Shown here: piece by piece, positions 47,032 through 56,025 of the stretch | How the letters are laid out: each line of letters opens with the position of its first letter | Position numbering within the stretch: position 1 is the first letter of the stretch | Source: Abditibacterium sp. | Lineage (GTDB): Bacteria > Armatimonadota > Abditibacteriia > Abditibacteriales > Abditibacteriaceae | Assembly (NCBI GenBank): GCA_965246885.1 | Contig: OZ251992.1 | Span: 1,152,001-1,216,000, forward strand | Reading direction: 5' to 3' | Length of the DNA: 64,000 nt | Position numbers and translations under genes: made by a program | Notes under the pieces: generated by a model | The model's database searches: none | Seen by the model: only the letters and a program-made list of their open reading frames with translations | What the model was told of the DNA's origin: nothing

Positions 47032-48123
47032 ATGCTCCTTTCCCGACTGGATAAAACCGCGCGTTGGATGAAACGCGGCGGGCGCGAAGAGGATGTCGTG
47101 CTTTCCTCGCGCGTTCGGCTGGCGCGCAACTTCGCGCGCTTCTCCTTTCCGCACCGCGCCGGAGAGGACGAACTGCTGCGCGTGCGCGCCGGCGTGTTAG
47201 AAGCGCTGGGTGCCGTCGCCGATGCCGCGCCCGATTCTTTGCTCGTCCTGCCTTTCGAGGAGTTCTCGCCAACCGAGCGCCGCTCGCTGGTTGACCGTCA
47301 CCTTTCCTCGCGCGAACACGTGCGCGCCGAAGTGGGACGAGCGCTTGTCACCACCGCCGACGGCGCTTTCTCGGTGCAAGTCAACGAAGAAGACCACTTG
47401 CGCTTGAGCGCCGTGTTGCCCGGACTGCAACTCGACGCGGCGCTACGCCTATGCGACGCCGTAGACGACGCTCTCGAAGCGCACTTCGACGGCGGCAACG
47501 ACTACGCCTTCGACCCCGAATTTGGCTTCTTGACCGCGTGCCCGACCAACGCCGGAACGGGCCTTCGCGCGTCGGCCATGCTCCACCTGCCCGCGCTTTG
47601 TTTGTTGGGCGAACTGCATGAGGCCCGCGCGTGGGCGCTGGAGCGCGGCTTTATCTTGCGCGGCACAAGCGGCGAAGGCTCCGATGTCGCGGGGCACTTG
47701 GAACAATTGTCCAATCAGTCCACCCTCGGCCAAGACGAAGCCGACATCGCCATCGAGATCGAGTTCGCCGCCCGCGAGTTGGCGACCCGCGAACGCGACG
47801 CGCGCGCGCGCCTCATCCAAGAGCAGCCAGTCCACACCCGCGACTTGGTGGGTCGCGCGTATGGCATCGCCCGCTTCGCGCGCCGCATCGGAAGTGTTGA
47901 AGCCACGCACGCCCTCTCGTTGCTGCGTTTGGGGCACGAATTGGGTTGGATGAAGGGCTTGCCGCGCCAGCGTTTCAACGAACTGAGCGTGTGGATGCGC
48001 CCCGATTACCTCAGCGTCTTGCACTCGCGCCCGCTCAACCGCTCCGAGCGCGCCGAACTGCGCGCCGACTTGCTCCATGTTCACGTCGGGAAGGTCAAAC
48101 TGGAAGCCGCTTTCGAGCAATAA
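47032..48123 (+). CDS. mcsB: Protein-arginine kinase McsB
   Basis: VVLSSRVRLARN, NEEDHLR, GFLTACPTNAGTGLRAS.MLHLPAL, SNQ.TLG. Confidence 0.92.
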   Translation: MLLSRLDKTARWMKRGGREEDVVLSSRVRLARNFARFSFPHRAGEDELLRVRAGVLEALGAVADAAPDSLLVLPFEEFSPTERRSLVDRHLSSREHVRAEVGRALVTTADGAFSVQVNEEDHLRLSAVLPGLQLDAALRLCDAVDDALEAHFDGGNDYAFDPEFGFLTACPTNAGTGLRASAMLHLPALCLLGELHEARAWALERGFILRGTSGEGSDVAGHLEQLSNQSTLGQDEADIAIEIEFAARELATRERDARARLIQEQPVHTRDLVGRAYGIARFARRIGSVEATHALSLLRLGHELGWMKGLPRQRFNELSVWMRPDYLSVLHSRPLNRSERAELRADLLHVHVGKVKLEAAFEQ

Positions 48124-48126
48124 ACC

Positions 48127-48396
48127 ATGTCTGAACTCAATCCAAACACCGAACCCAAGCTCAAACTCACCGTTGCGCGCAATGGCCCGCTCCGCATCCA
48201 AGGCGCAGGCGAACTGCTCGCGTCGGGCGAACTTCAAATCGCGTGGAACGACGGCGAAGCCGTCACCCCCGCCAACCCCAACGCTTTCACCATCTGCCGG
48301 TGCGGTGCCAGCGCGAGCAAGCCGTTCTGCGACGGCTCGCATTCCAAAATGGGCTTCGACATCGCTGCCCAAGCCGTGCCCGAATCGAAGGAGTGA
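48127..48396 (+). CDS. CDGSH iron-sulfur domain protein
   Basis: NGPL and CRCGASASKPFCDGSH. Confidence 0.95.
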   Translation: MSELNPNTEPKLKLTVARNGPLRIQGAGELLASGELQIAWNDGEAVTPANPNAFTICRCGASASKPFCDGSHSKMGFDIAAQAVPESKE

Positions 48397-48417
48397 GCGC
48401 CGCGCCCCTTGCCCGCC

Positions 48418-49209
48418 ATGCTCCTTACCCTCGACATCGGCAACACCAACCTGTCCGCCGGGTTGTTCGACGGCGCCCATTTAGTCCAAACATGGCGCTT
48501 TGCCACGCGGCGCGACGCGACGGGTGATGAACTGGGCGCGCTTTTCTACGCGGCCATGCGCGCGCGGGGCGTGCTGTTTGATGCCGTCCAAGGGCTGTGC
48601 TTGTGCTGCGTCGTGCCGTCGCTGTCCTCGCCCGCGCGCTTTTTCGGGCGCGAATACCTCCATGTGGCGCCGCTCGAAATCGGGCGCGGCTTCGACTGCG
48701 GGTTGGGCAACGCTTACGAAGACCCGCACGCCGTTGGCGCTGACCGCTTGGTCAACGGCGTGGCGGCGCGCGCCATCGCCGGAGGTCGCGCGGTCGTCGT
48801 CGCGGACTTCGGTACCGCCACAACGGTGGATGCGGTTTCTGCCGATGGCACCTACTTGGGCGGCGCCATTGCGCCGGGGGTTGGCATTTCGTCTGACGCC
48901 CTGTTTTCTGCCGCCGCGAAGTTGCCGCGCGTCGAACTGCTTGCGCCGCCGCGCGCCCTCGCCACCAACACGACGCACTCGGTTCAGGCCGGTCTCGCTT
49001 TCGGCTACGCGGGGTTAACTAAGGAACTCGTCGCGCGCATCGCGGCGGAAGTCATAGAGCGCGAGGGAAACGCGCCGCTCGTGTTGGCAACGGGCGGTTT
49101 GGCAGAGCTAATCGCCCCGCTTGTCCCCCAAATCGAGCGCGTCGAGCCGGACTTAACCTTGCAGGGCTTGCGTTTGCTGTGGGAGCGCACAAGAAACGGC
49201 GGCGGTTGA
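48418..49209 (+). CDS. coaX: Type III pantothenate kinase
   Basis: LDIGNTN, VGADR, DFGTATT.D, GGAIAPG, ATGG. Confidence 0.96.
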   Translation: MLLTLDIGNTNLSAGLFDGAHLVQTWRFATRRDATGDELGALFYAAMRARGVLFDAVQGLCLCCVVPSLSSPARFFGREYLHVAPLEIGRGFDCGLGNAYEDPHAVGADRLVNGVAARAIAGGRAVVVADFGTATTVDAVSADGTYLGGAIAPGVGISSDALFSAAAKLPRVELLAPPRALATNTTHSVQAGLAFGYAGLTKELVARIAAEVIEREGNAPLVLATGGLAELIAPLVPQIERVEPDLTLQGLRLLWERTRNGGG

Positions 49210-49477
49210 ACGAGGGACGTCCGCCATCGGACGAGGGACGTCCGCCATCGGACGAGGGACGTCCGCCATCGGACGAGGGACGTCCGCCATCGGACGAGGG
49301 ACGTCCGCCATCGGACGAGGGACGTCCGCCATCGGACGAGGGACGTCCGCCATCGGACGAGGGACGTCCGCCATCGGACGAGGGACGTCCGCCATCGGAC
49401 GAGGGACGTCCGCCATCGGACGAGGGACGTCCGCCATCGGACGAGGGACGTCCGCCATCGGACGAGGGACGTCCGCC
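49210..49477. repeat. Perfect 21-bp tandem repeat (12 full copies plus 16 nt)
   Basis: Unit acgagggacgtccgccatcgg, starting at the base after the coaX stop codon; no spacers. Confidence 0.98.
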
Positions 49478-49543
49478 GCGCGAGGAATTTCCCTCGCTGA
49501 GCGGCGAGAAACCGCGCTCGCGGGAAGAAAGAGGTCACTGCTG

Positions 49544-51334
49544 ATGTCATCGTTGCTACTCCCGCCGCCGCTCGCGCCTTGGGCGCCGATGCTCGAACTG
49601 TTCCCGACCGAGTCGGCGCTCGCGCTCGGCCCACTTTTGCGGCGCTTAGAAGGGTTTATCGGCCCCCTGCGCGCCCATCCGCAAAGCGGGAGCATGGAGC
49701 CGGACGGCTTCGACGGCCTCGCGCGGCGCGGCAGTTTGGAGCGATTGCTCCTGTCCGAATGGCTGTTGCTCGAAGAGGCGCCCTTGGAGTTTTTGCGGCG
49801 CTTCTCGCAGGGGGAAAGCGGGTATTTGCAACTGGCGCGGCGCGATCCGACGGCGGCGCGCGCATCATTAGTGCTTCTCGATTGTGGGCCGGACGCGCTC
49901 GGCGGGCCGCGCTTGGTGCAATTGGCGGCGCTACTGGTGCTATCGCGGCGCGCGCAAAACGCGGGCGCAAGTTTTCGTTGGGGCGCGTGGCAAAAGCCGG
50001 GGCAGTGGCAGGAGGCCGTGAGCCGCGACGCGTTGGAATGGTGGCTCGGCTTGCGGCGCGAGGGCGAGCCGACGCCGCACGAGCGCGCCGCGTGGGAGGA
50101 GGCGTGGCAAGCCGAGGGCGCCGATTTTGGCAACGATGAACTGTGGCTTCTCGGCTCTCCCGCCTTGTGCCCGCTCGTTCCGCCGCGAGCGCGCTTCTTG
50201 GAACTGCGCGACGAGTTAGACCCGCACGCGCCCAATCGCGCAGTGGAAACGCTACTCGATGGCCGGACGCTGCGCCTCGAACTGCCCGAAGATGCCATTG
50301 GCGCGCGCTTATTGCGCGACCCCTTCACGCAGACAAGCGCCGCCAAAACGGGCGATAAGAACTCCTTCCCCATCCCGCCGCTCGACCAAGGTTTGGTGTG
50401 GGCGCACTCCGGTTGGAAACTTTTCGCGCGCGCCAAGGACGGCGCGTTGCTGACGTTTTCCGTTCCCAACTCGCCCAACGCCGCCGTCGGCCCGCCCAAA
50501 CAGCACGCCAAAACAGTGGGCACGTTCGTCGCCGTAGGCCGAGTCGGACGCGCGACAGTCGCGGCGTCGCTGCTGCCAGCGAAAGACGGGGAAGACGCCC
50601 GGATGCGCTTCTCGGCGTGGGGCCGGGGTTCGGATGAGTGGGATGGGGCGACGTTTGACTTCGACGACTCGGTCACAGAAGCCATGCCCTACTTCATGCA
50701 TCAGAAGCCACTGGGCAAGGTGTTGGGCGTGGGAGTTGGAAACGGAGTGGCGCTGTGGCTTGCGGAGCGGCAATTGTTCATCGCAACGCGCGGCGAGAGG
50801 GAGTTGAGCACTCAATCCACCGGTGTGCGCGGCGTGGCGCTCCGTAACAGCGTTGTCGAGGTGCTGCGAACAACGAGGGGAGCCGCCGAAATGGTTCAAC
50901 TCACGGCGCAATATCCGCGCGAACTCACCCCGGCGCGCACCACGATTTCTCTGCCCGTGCCGCCCATTACAGATGCCCATGCTGGTTGGAGTGGGCGACC
51001 GGACGCGGTGCTGTGGGCGCTCGGCCAGCCCGATGGGAAGTGGACGCTCCAAACGCCTGCCGCTTCGAGCGAGGTGCGCGTGGATGCGGCGCGTTCGGTT
51101 GTCGGTTGCCTGTTCGATGGGAGCGAGATGGGGTTGCTGATACACACGGTGGGCGAGCGGGAGTTGTCGCTGCAAGGCGCGGCGAGCGAGCGGCGCTTGT
51201 TCCGCTTTTCTTCGCCGATTACGTCAGTCGCGGCGTGCCCGTTCGCGCCCTTGGTGGCGGTGCAGGGCGAAGAGGAGGTGGGCGTGTGGTCGCTTCCGCA
51301 CGGCGGCTGGCTGTTGCGGGCGCGGGTGGAGTGA
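49544..51334 (+). CDS. vWA-like plus beta-propeller-like component of a MoxR-vWA-beta-propeller ternary conflict system
   Basis: LAPWAP.L, EPDGFDGLARRGSLERLLLSEWLL..EAP.EFLRR...GE..YL, LLDCGP.ALGGPRL.QLAALLVL.RRA; beta-rich C-terminus. Family recognised from memory. Confidence 0.7.
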   Translation: MSSLLLPPPLAPWAPMLELFPTESALALGPLLRRLEGFIGPLRAHPQSGSMEPDGFDGLARRGSLERLLLSEWLLLEEAPLEFLRRFSQGESGYLQLARRDPTAARASLVLLDCGPDALGGPRLVQLAALLVLSRRAQNAGASFRWGAWQKPGQWQEAVSRDALEWWLGLRREGEPTPHERAAWEEAWQAEGADFGNDELWLLGSPALCPLVPPRARFLELRDELDPHAPNRAVETLLDGRTLRLELPEDAIGARLLRDPFTQTSAAKTGDKNSFPIPPLDQGLVWAHSGWKLFARAKDGALLTFSVPNSPNAAVGPPKQHAKTVGTFVAVGRVGRATVAASLLPAKDGEDARMRFSAWGRGSDEWDGATFDFDDSVTEAMPYFMHQKPLGKVLGVGVGNGVALWLAERQLFIATRGERELSTQSTGVRGVALRNSVVEVLRTTRGAAEMVQLTAQYPRELTPARTTISLPVPPITDAHAGWSGRPDAVLWALGQPDGKWTLQTPAASSEVRVDAARSVVGCLFDGSEMGLLIHTVGERELSLQGAASERRLFRFSSPITSVAACPFAPLVAVQGEEEVGVWSLPHGGWLLRARVE

Positions 51335-51339
51335 ATCAT

Positions 51340-51448
51340 CAAGCGACTGAAGTCGCAGCCAGCGGAGGCGTCGGCCTTCGCCGAAGCAGTTGCAGTTACC
51401 CCGTCGGCGAAGGCCGACGCCTCCGCTGGCTGCAACTTCAGTCGCTTG
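51340..51448. repeat. REP-like long inverted repeat, family B copy 2
   Basis: 45-bp arms (51340-51384 / 51404-51448), one mismatch; lies between convergent genes. Confidence 0.9.
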
Positions 51449-51450
51449 GC

Positions 51451-52377
51451 TTACGCTACCACCCGCGCGCCCTCCGACATTTCGACTCCCATCGCCCGGC
51501 CCGCGACGTGCCCGCGCGCGGCAGCTTCGATATGCGACGTGAAAGCGGATACCTCCGCATCGGGCGCGAGCCAAAACAGGAGGCTCGGCCCCGCGCCGGA
51601 AAGGGTCGTGCCTAAGGCGCCCGCTTCATGGGCGGCGGCGCCCAGTTCGTCCCAACCGGGCACGAGATGCGCGCGGAAGTCTTGGTGAACGCGGTCGCGC
51701 AACGCTTCGGACAAGGCTGCAAAGTCGCCCGTCGCCAAGGCCGCGACGAGGAGGGCGGCGCGGGACAGGTTGAACACGCAGTCGCGCCGCAGGTAAGCCG
51801 AGGGAAGCGCGTCGCGGGCGCGTTCGGTGAGCAGTTCGGCTTCGGGCACCCATACAGTCCAGCGCGGCGCGCTGGACACAGGGAGTTTAACCGCGAAAGC
51901 GCGCCCATCTTCGCGCATGGCGCAAGCGCAAAACCCGCCGAGAAGGGCGGGCGCCACGTTGTCCGGGTGCCCTTCCAAGCGCGTCGCCAAGTCAAGCAAC
52001 TCTTGCCCCGATAAGGCGCGGGAATGATGCGCGCGCGCCCATTCGTTCGCGGCGAACAGCCCACCGACGATGGCGGCGCTGCTCGAACCCAAACCGCGCG
52101 CGAATGGGATGGCGTTGTGCATCGAGAGGGCGAATCCCGTCGGCGCCAAGTCCAATGTCTCCCACGCCAAGCGCGCGGCTTCGTGCGCGAGGGAAGTGCT
52201 GTGCCCCTTCATTTGTGCTGCGCCTTCGCCCGACACTTCGAGACTATCTTCCGGGGCGGGTTGGAGCGTCAAGCGGTTGCGGATGGAAAGCGCGAGGCCC
52301 AAACAGTCGAAGCCGGGGCCGCAGTTGGCGCTTGATGCGGGAACTACGACGTGGATGGCGGGCTTGGAATGGGGCAC
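51451..52377 (-). CDS. thrB: Homoserine kinase
   Basis: VPASSANCGPGFDCLG, IPFARGLGSSSAA, EGHPDNVAPA, DRVHQ.FR, LSGAGPS. Confidence 0.97.
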   Translation of the reverse strand: MPHSKPAIHVVVPASSANCGPGFDCLGLALSIRNRLTLQPAPEDSLEVSGEGAAQMKGHSTSLAHEAARLAWETLDLAPTGFALSMHNAIPFARGLGSSSAAIVGGLFAANEWARAHHSRALSGQELLDLATRLEGHPDNVAPALLGGFCACAMREDGRAFAVKLPVSSAPRWTVWVPEAELLTERARDALPSAYLRRDCVFNLSRAALLVAALATGDFAALSEALRDRVHQDFRAHLVPGWDELGAAAHEAGALGTTLSGAGPSLLFWLAPDAEVSAFTSHIEAAARGHVAGRAMGVEMSEGARVVA

Positions 52378-52459
52378 CTATTCCATTTTGACCGGTTTAC
52401 CCTCTCTGGTGGCGGCGACGGAACACGCGGGCGCGGCGACTGTCCAACCCTCCCGATTG

Positions 52460-53431
52460 ATGAAACCCCCCTTGGCCCCGCATATGTCCGCGCTTCGCCC
52501 GTTCGGGGTGATGGCGTTGGCGCTCGCTTTGGCGGGTGCGGCGCGCGCGCAAGAGGCGCCCCTTCCCAATGCGCTTCCCGCGTCGGGGCCAGCCGCGCCC
52601 GACACCTACCAATCCGCCATGACAAACAGCGACGCCAAAGCGGACGCGGCGGTGGCACGGGCGGCGGCGCGGCGGGCGGTGATGGAAGCGCGCATGCGCG
52701 ACTTGATGACGCGCACCGGCATTACCTCGGTCGCCACGCAAGACGCCATTCTGGAGTTCGAGCGTAACGACGAAGACGACAAGCGCGCCGTGCGCGAAGC
52801 GGGCCGCAATCTCTGGAACGGAGTGCGCCGCGACGCGCCCGCCGAGCGGCTGCGCGCCCTGTTGGGCGATTATCAAAAAACCATCGAAGAGGCCCGCGCC
52901 CGCCGCGCCCATGCGCAAACCGCCCTTGATGCGCGGGTGGGCTACTCGCTCGATGCCCGTCTGGAATCCCTGCTATGGCTGTTCGGCGTGTTGGGGGAAG
53001 GGCAGATCGTGCTGCTTCCTCCGTCCGCTCCGCCGCGCGATGGCGGCGCCAAACCCGTCGTTGCTCACTCGCAAGTTCAGGCCCAAGTCACGCCGCCCGC
53101 CAACGGCGGCGACCCCGATGAGCGGCCCATCGAAGGCACCGTTGCCGCCAAGTGTGCGCCCGATGAGGCGCTGCCTTGGCTCGAAGTGCGCGACGCGGGC
53201 GGGCGCGTGTGGCACCTGACCGCTCCCGAAGACCCCGCCGCGCGCGCCATTCTCGCGCGCCAAATTGCGGGGCTGGCCCTTGGCGCGCGGGTGTTGGTGC
53301 GCGCCGGAAATCCGACCCCGCCCCCAAACGGCGCTCCCGGCAACGCGGATGCGCCCCTTGTGCTCCTCGCCATTGTGCCGCTCGCGGGCGCGGCAGGGGA
53401 AACTGCGCCCGCTCCGGCACCGTATAAATAA
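52460..53431 (+). CDS. Secreted hypothetical protein, helical domain paralogous to the next gene plus an extra C-terminal domain
   Basis: Signal-peptide-like ALALALAGAARAQ; start uncertain (52460 or 52483). Confidence 0.65.
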   Translation: MKPPLAPHMSALRPFGVMALALALAGAARAQEAPLPNALPASGPAAPDTYQSAMTNSDAKADAAVARAAARRAVMEARMRDLMTRTGITSVATQDAILEFERNDEDDKRAVREAGRNLWNGVRRDAPAERLRALLGDYQKTIEEARARRAHAQTALDARVGYSLDARLESLLWLFGVLGEGQIVLLPPSAPPRDGGAKPVVAHSQVQAQVTPPANGGDPDERPIEGTVAAKCAPDEALPWLEVRDAGGRVWHLTAPEDPAARAILARQIAGLALGARVLVRAGNPTPPPNGAPGNADAPLVLLAIVPLAGAAGETAPAPAPYK

Positions 53432-53436
53432 CCACC

Positions 53437-54030
53437 ATGAAACGCGCTCACTTCTTCTCACTCGCCGCTTTGCTCGCTCTGTCTGTTGTGGCGGGCGCCC
53501 AACCCGACCCCAATAACGCGCCCAAAGGAGATAACCCCGCCAACCATCCCGTCCGCGCTCCGCTCACGCCCGAACAACTCCAAGCGCGCCTGCTGGCCAC
53601 CTACAAGCGCCAACTCGAAGCCGCCAACGTCACCGACGCCAAGCAGCAAGAGGCCGTCATCGCGTATGTCACCGGCGAACTCACTTCCCGCCAAAAGCTC
53701 GCCGAAGCCAGCCGCGCCTTGCAGAACGCCCTGCGCACCCCCGCCGCGACCGACGCCCAAATCGCCGGTCTGCTCAACGACCTCCAAGGCGCCGCGAGCG
53801 ACGACAAAGCCCGCCGCCAAAAGGCCCAAGACACCCTCAAAGCGACTATTGACGTGACGCAGTTCCCCCGCTTGGAAGCGGGACTGACCCTGTTGGGCTT
53901 GTTCGGAGACGTGCCGGTAACGGGGGGCGGCTTCAACAACATGCTCGGTGGCGGCGATAACCGCCCGCGCAACCCGCGTCCAAACACGCCCAAAGCCAAC
54001 GCGCCCCGCCAACACCCCGTCCCGTTTTGA
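53437..54030 (+). CDS. Secreted helical hypothetical protein
   Basis: Signal peptide MKRAHFFSLAALLALSVVAGAQ; helical core ending PRLEAGLTLLGLFGD. Confidence 0.75.
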   Translation: MKRAHFFSLAALLALSVVAGAQPDPNNAPKGDNPANHPVRAPLTPEQLQARLLATYKRQLEAANVTDAKQQEAVIAYVTGELTSRQKLAEASRALQNALRTPAATDAQIAGLLNDLQGAASDDKARRQKAQDTLKATIDVTQFPRLEAGLTLLGLFGDVPVTGGGFNNMLGGGDNRPRNPRPNTPKANAPRQHPVPF

Positions 54031-54045
54031 AGCGAGCGGGAGACG

Positions 54046-54735
54046 CTATTCCGCTTGGGTGAACGCCCGCACCGCCGCTTCGATGCCCTCGGTGTCGCGG
54101 CCCAACACGATGGCGCCCAGCAGAACCCCGCGCGCGCCAGTTTTGCGCAGAAGCGGCAAGTCGGTGGGCGTCAGCTTCTTTTGCGAGGGGAGGATGACGG
54201 CCGCCGTCGTCGCTTCGCACAGGGCGCAGTAAGCGGCCAAATCCTGCGCACTCAGCGCGGCGCCGTATCCGTCGTGCGCCATAATGGAGGCTTCGCACAG
54301 CGTCATGCCCAAGCGCTCGTAGAGGTGCAGGGCGGTGGGCGCCATACCATGATGGGCGGCGATCATCACGCTTAAATCGGTTTGCTCTAAGGCCCACGCG
54401 GGGCAGTCGAAGGGGTAAGCGTCGAAGTAATCCACCCCGATGGCGGCAAGAGATGCGAAATCTTCCGGGGAAGCGAAGCCCGCGAGCGTGCCGGGGACGA
54501 CGCCGACATTGGCGCCGACGCCCCGCGCCGCGTCAACGATGGCGGCAATGGCGTCGCGCTCCTCTTGGAGCGGCCCAAAGCGGGTGCCGGATGCGAAGTG
54601 TTCGACGTTGATGTGGACTTTGAGGCCCCCCGCCCCGCCGCGTAGCGCGGCACGCGCCATTTCCACGTCGTTGCGCGGCAAAGAAGCGAGCGTCGTCCAG
54701 TTATTGCGGGTGAGTTGTTCGAGAAGTTGGTTCAT
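54046..54735 (-). CDS. Hypothetical protein, probable phosphate-binding TIM barrel
   Basis: SLPRND.EMA.AA..GG...LKVHINV.H.ASG; alternating beta/alpha pattern; C-terminal GVLLGAIV.G. Confidence 0.6.
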   Translation of the reverse strand: MNQLLEQLTRNNWTTLASLPRNDVEMARAALRGGAGGLKVHINVEHFASGTRFGPLQEERDAIAAIVDAARGVGANVGVVPGTLAGFASPEDFASLAAIGVDYFDAYPFDCPAWALEQTDLSVMIAAHHGMAPTALHLYERLGMTLCEASIMAHDGYGAALSAQDLAAYCALCEATTAAVILPSQKKLTPTDLPLLRKTGARGVLLGAIVLGRDTEGIEAAVRAFTQAE

Positions 54736-54747
54736 GGTGGTTGTAGA

Positions 54748-55980
54748 TTACTGCGCGGCGGGCGCGGGCGCGGGAGTAGCGGCGGGCGTGTCCCACACAA
54801 AGGGGAAGTTGATGCGGATTTTGCCGACACCCGCGAGGGCGGTGTTCGCCCACTTGGGAAGCGGCTGCTTGGCTTGCATCCAGAAGGTGGGCATCGGTTC
54901 CCACGTGTCTTTGCCGCGCATTTGGACGTCGAAGTAGAAGCGGCCCGCCAAGCCCTCAACGGTATCGGGGTTGTTCCAATCGGCCTCTTCAAAGCGCGGG
55001 CGCAAAAAGCGCGAGAAAAGCGGGGCGGTGCCTTCGTAACTGGGGTCGGTGGCGGAAACGGGGCCGACGACCATCCACTGCGTCGCTTCGCGGATGTAGT
55101 TCGTTTCGGGACTCATGGCGTGGTTGGCGGGCACGATTTGGAAGCTCCCGACGGCGCCGCGCGGACTGGTGGAGATGTCAATGACGCCCTCGTGATTGGC
55201 GCGCAAACGCCCGACATCGGAGAAATACGAGCCGACAAAGCGTCCGACGCCCACGACGGGGCGCAACACTTGGCCGATGACGCGCGGCGCCTCGCCCCGG
55301 TATTGGATGGTAATCAGCCCGCCGAAGCGGTTCTCAAAGACGATCTCGCGCGGGTAGCGGACGGGGCGGCGCACCTGCCAGACCCAGCTATCGCCCACGC
55401 GCGGAACGTAGCCGTCGGGCAGGGGAGCGAGTGTGTTTGTGCGGTCGTTGTCGAGGAAGAGCGGATTGCCAACGAAGGGCGTGAACGGCCCGCCGAACAC
55501 CCCGGTCGCGCCGGGCATGTCGGTGTAAGCGGCGCTTTGCGGCGAGATTTCCTGTTGAAGCGAGTTGCGCCCCGCCGCGTTTTCGGCGAGCGGCGCGAGC
55601 GACCAGATGATGCCGCGCCCTTCTTTGGCGTTGAAGCCGCTTCGGAGGTGGATGGCGTTGACCGCCGTCGCCACGACGGAGCCAGTGAGTCCGTATTTGG
55701 AAGCGGTGAAGCCCAAAACGTTCACCTTTGCACACGGCGCGAGGATGTGCCCGATAGTTGTCCACGTCCGGCCCTCGTCGCGCGAGCCTTCGATGTCGCC
55801 GCCCTTGACGTTGTGCAGGCGGACGCGGCCAATCTCGACAGTTGCCTCGTCGTTTTCGCTTTGAACGGGAGCGCTTGGCCCGTGTTCGAGCGTCGCCGCC
55901 CTCGCCGGGACGGGCAAGAGATCGGGCGACAAAACAACGAGCGCGCAGAAGGCAAGAAGAATGATAGAGCGAAGGGACAT
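54748..55980 (-). CDS. Secreted hypothetical protein with a two-fold internal repeat
   Basis: Signal peptide; NVKGGDI...IGHILAP...F.AS.Y...G.V.A versus NRFGGLI...IGQVLRP...F.GS.F...G.L.A. Confidence 0.7.
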   Translation of the reverse strand: MSLRSIILLAFCALVVLSPDLLPVPARAATLEHGPSAPVQSENDEATVEIGRVRLHNVKGGDIEGSRDEGRTWTTIGHILAPCAKVNVLGFTASKYGLTGSVVATAVNAIHLRSGFNAKEGRGIIWSLAPLAENAAGRNSLQQEISPQSAAYTDMPGATGVFGGPFTPFVGNPLFLDNDRTNTLAPLPDGYVPRVGDSWVWQVRRPVRYPREIVFENRFGGLITIQYRGEAPRVIGQVLRPVVGVGRFVGSYFSDVGRLRANHEGVIDISTSPRGAVGSFQIVPANHAMSPETNYIREATQWMVVGPVSATDPSYEGTAPLFSRFLRPRFEEADWNNPDTVEGLAGRFYFDVQMRGKDTWEPMPTFWMQAKQPLPKWANTALAGVGKIRINFPFVWDTPAATPAPAPAAQ

Positions 55981-56025
55981 AGCAATTTAGAGGTTGCGGC
56001 TTCCAACCTCTTGCTCCTTTAAGTT

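Noticed and set aside
49210..49477. CRISPR array
   Set aside because: Units are contiguous and identical with no spacers, and no cas genes are in the window.
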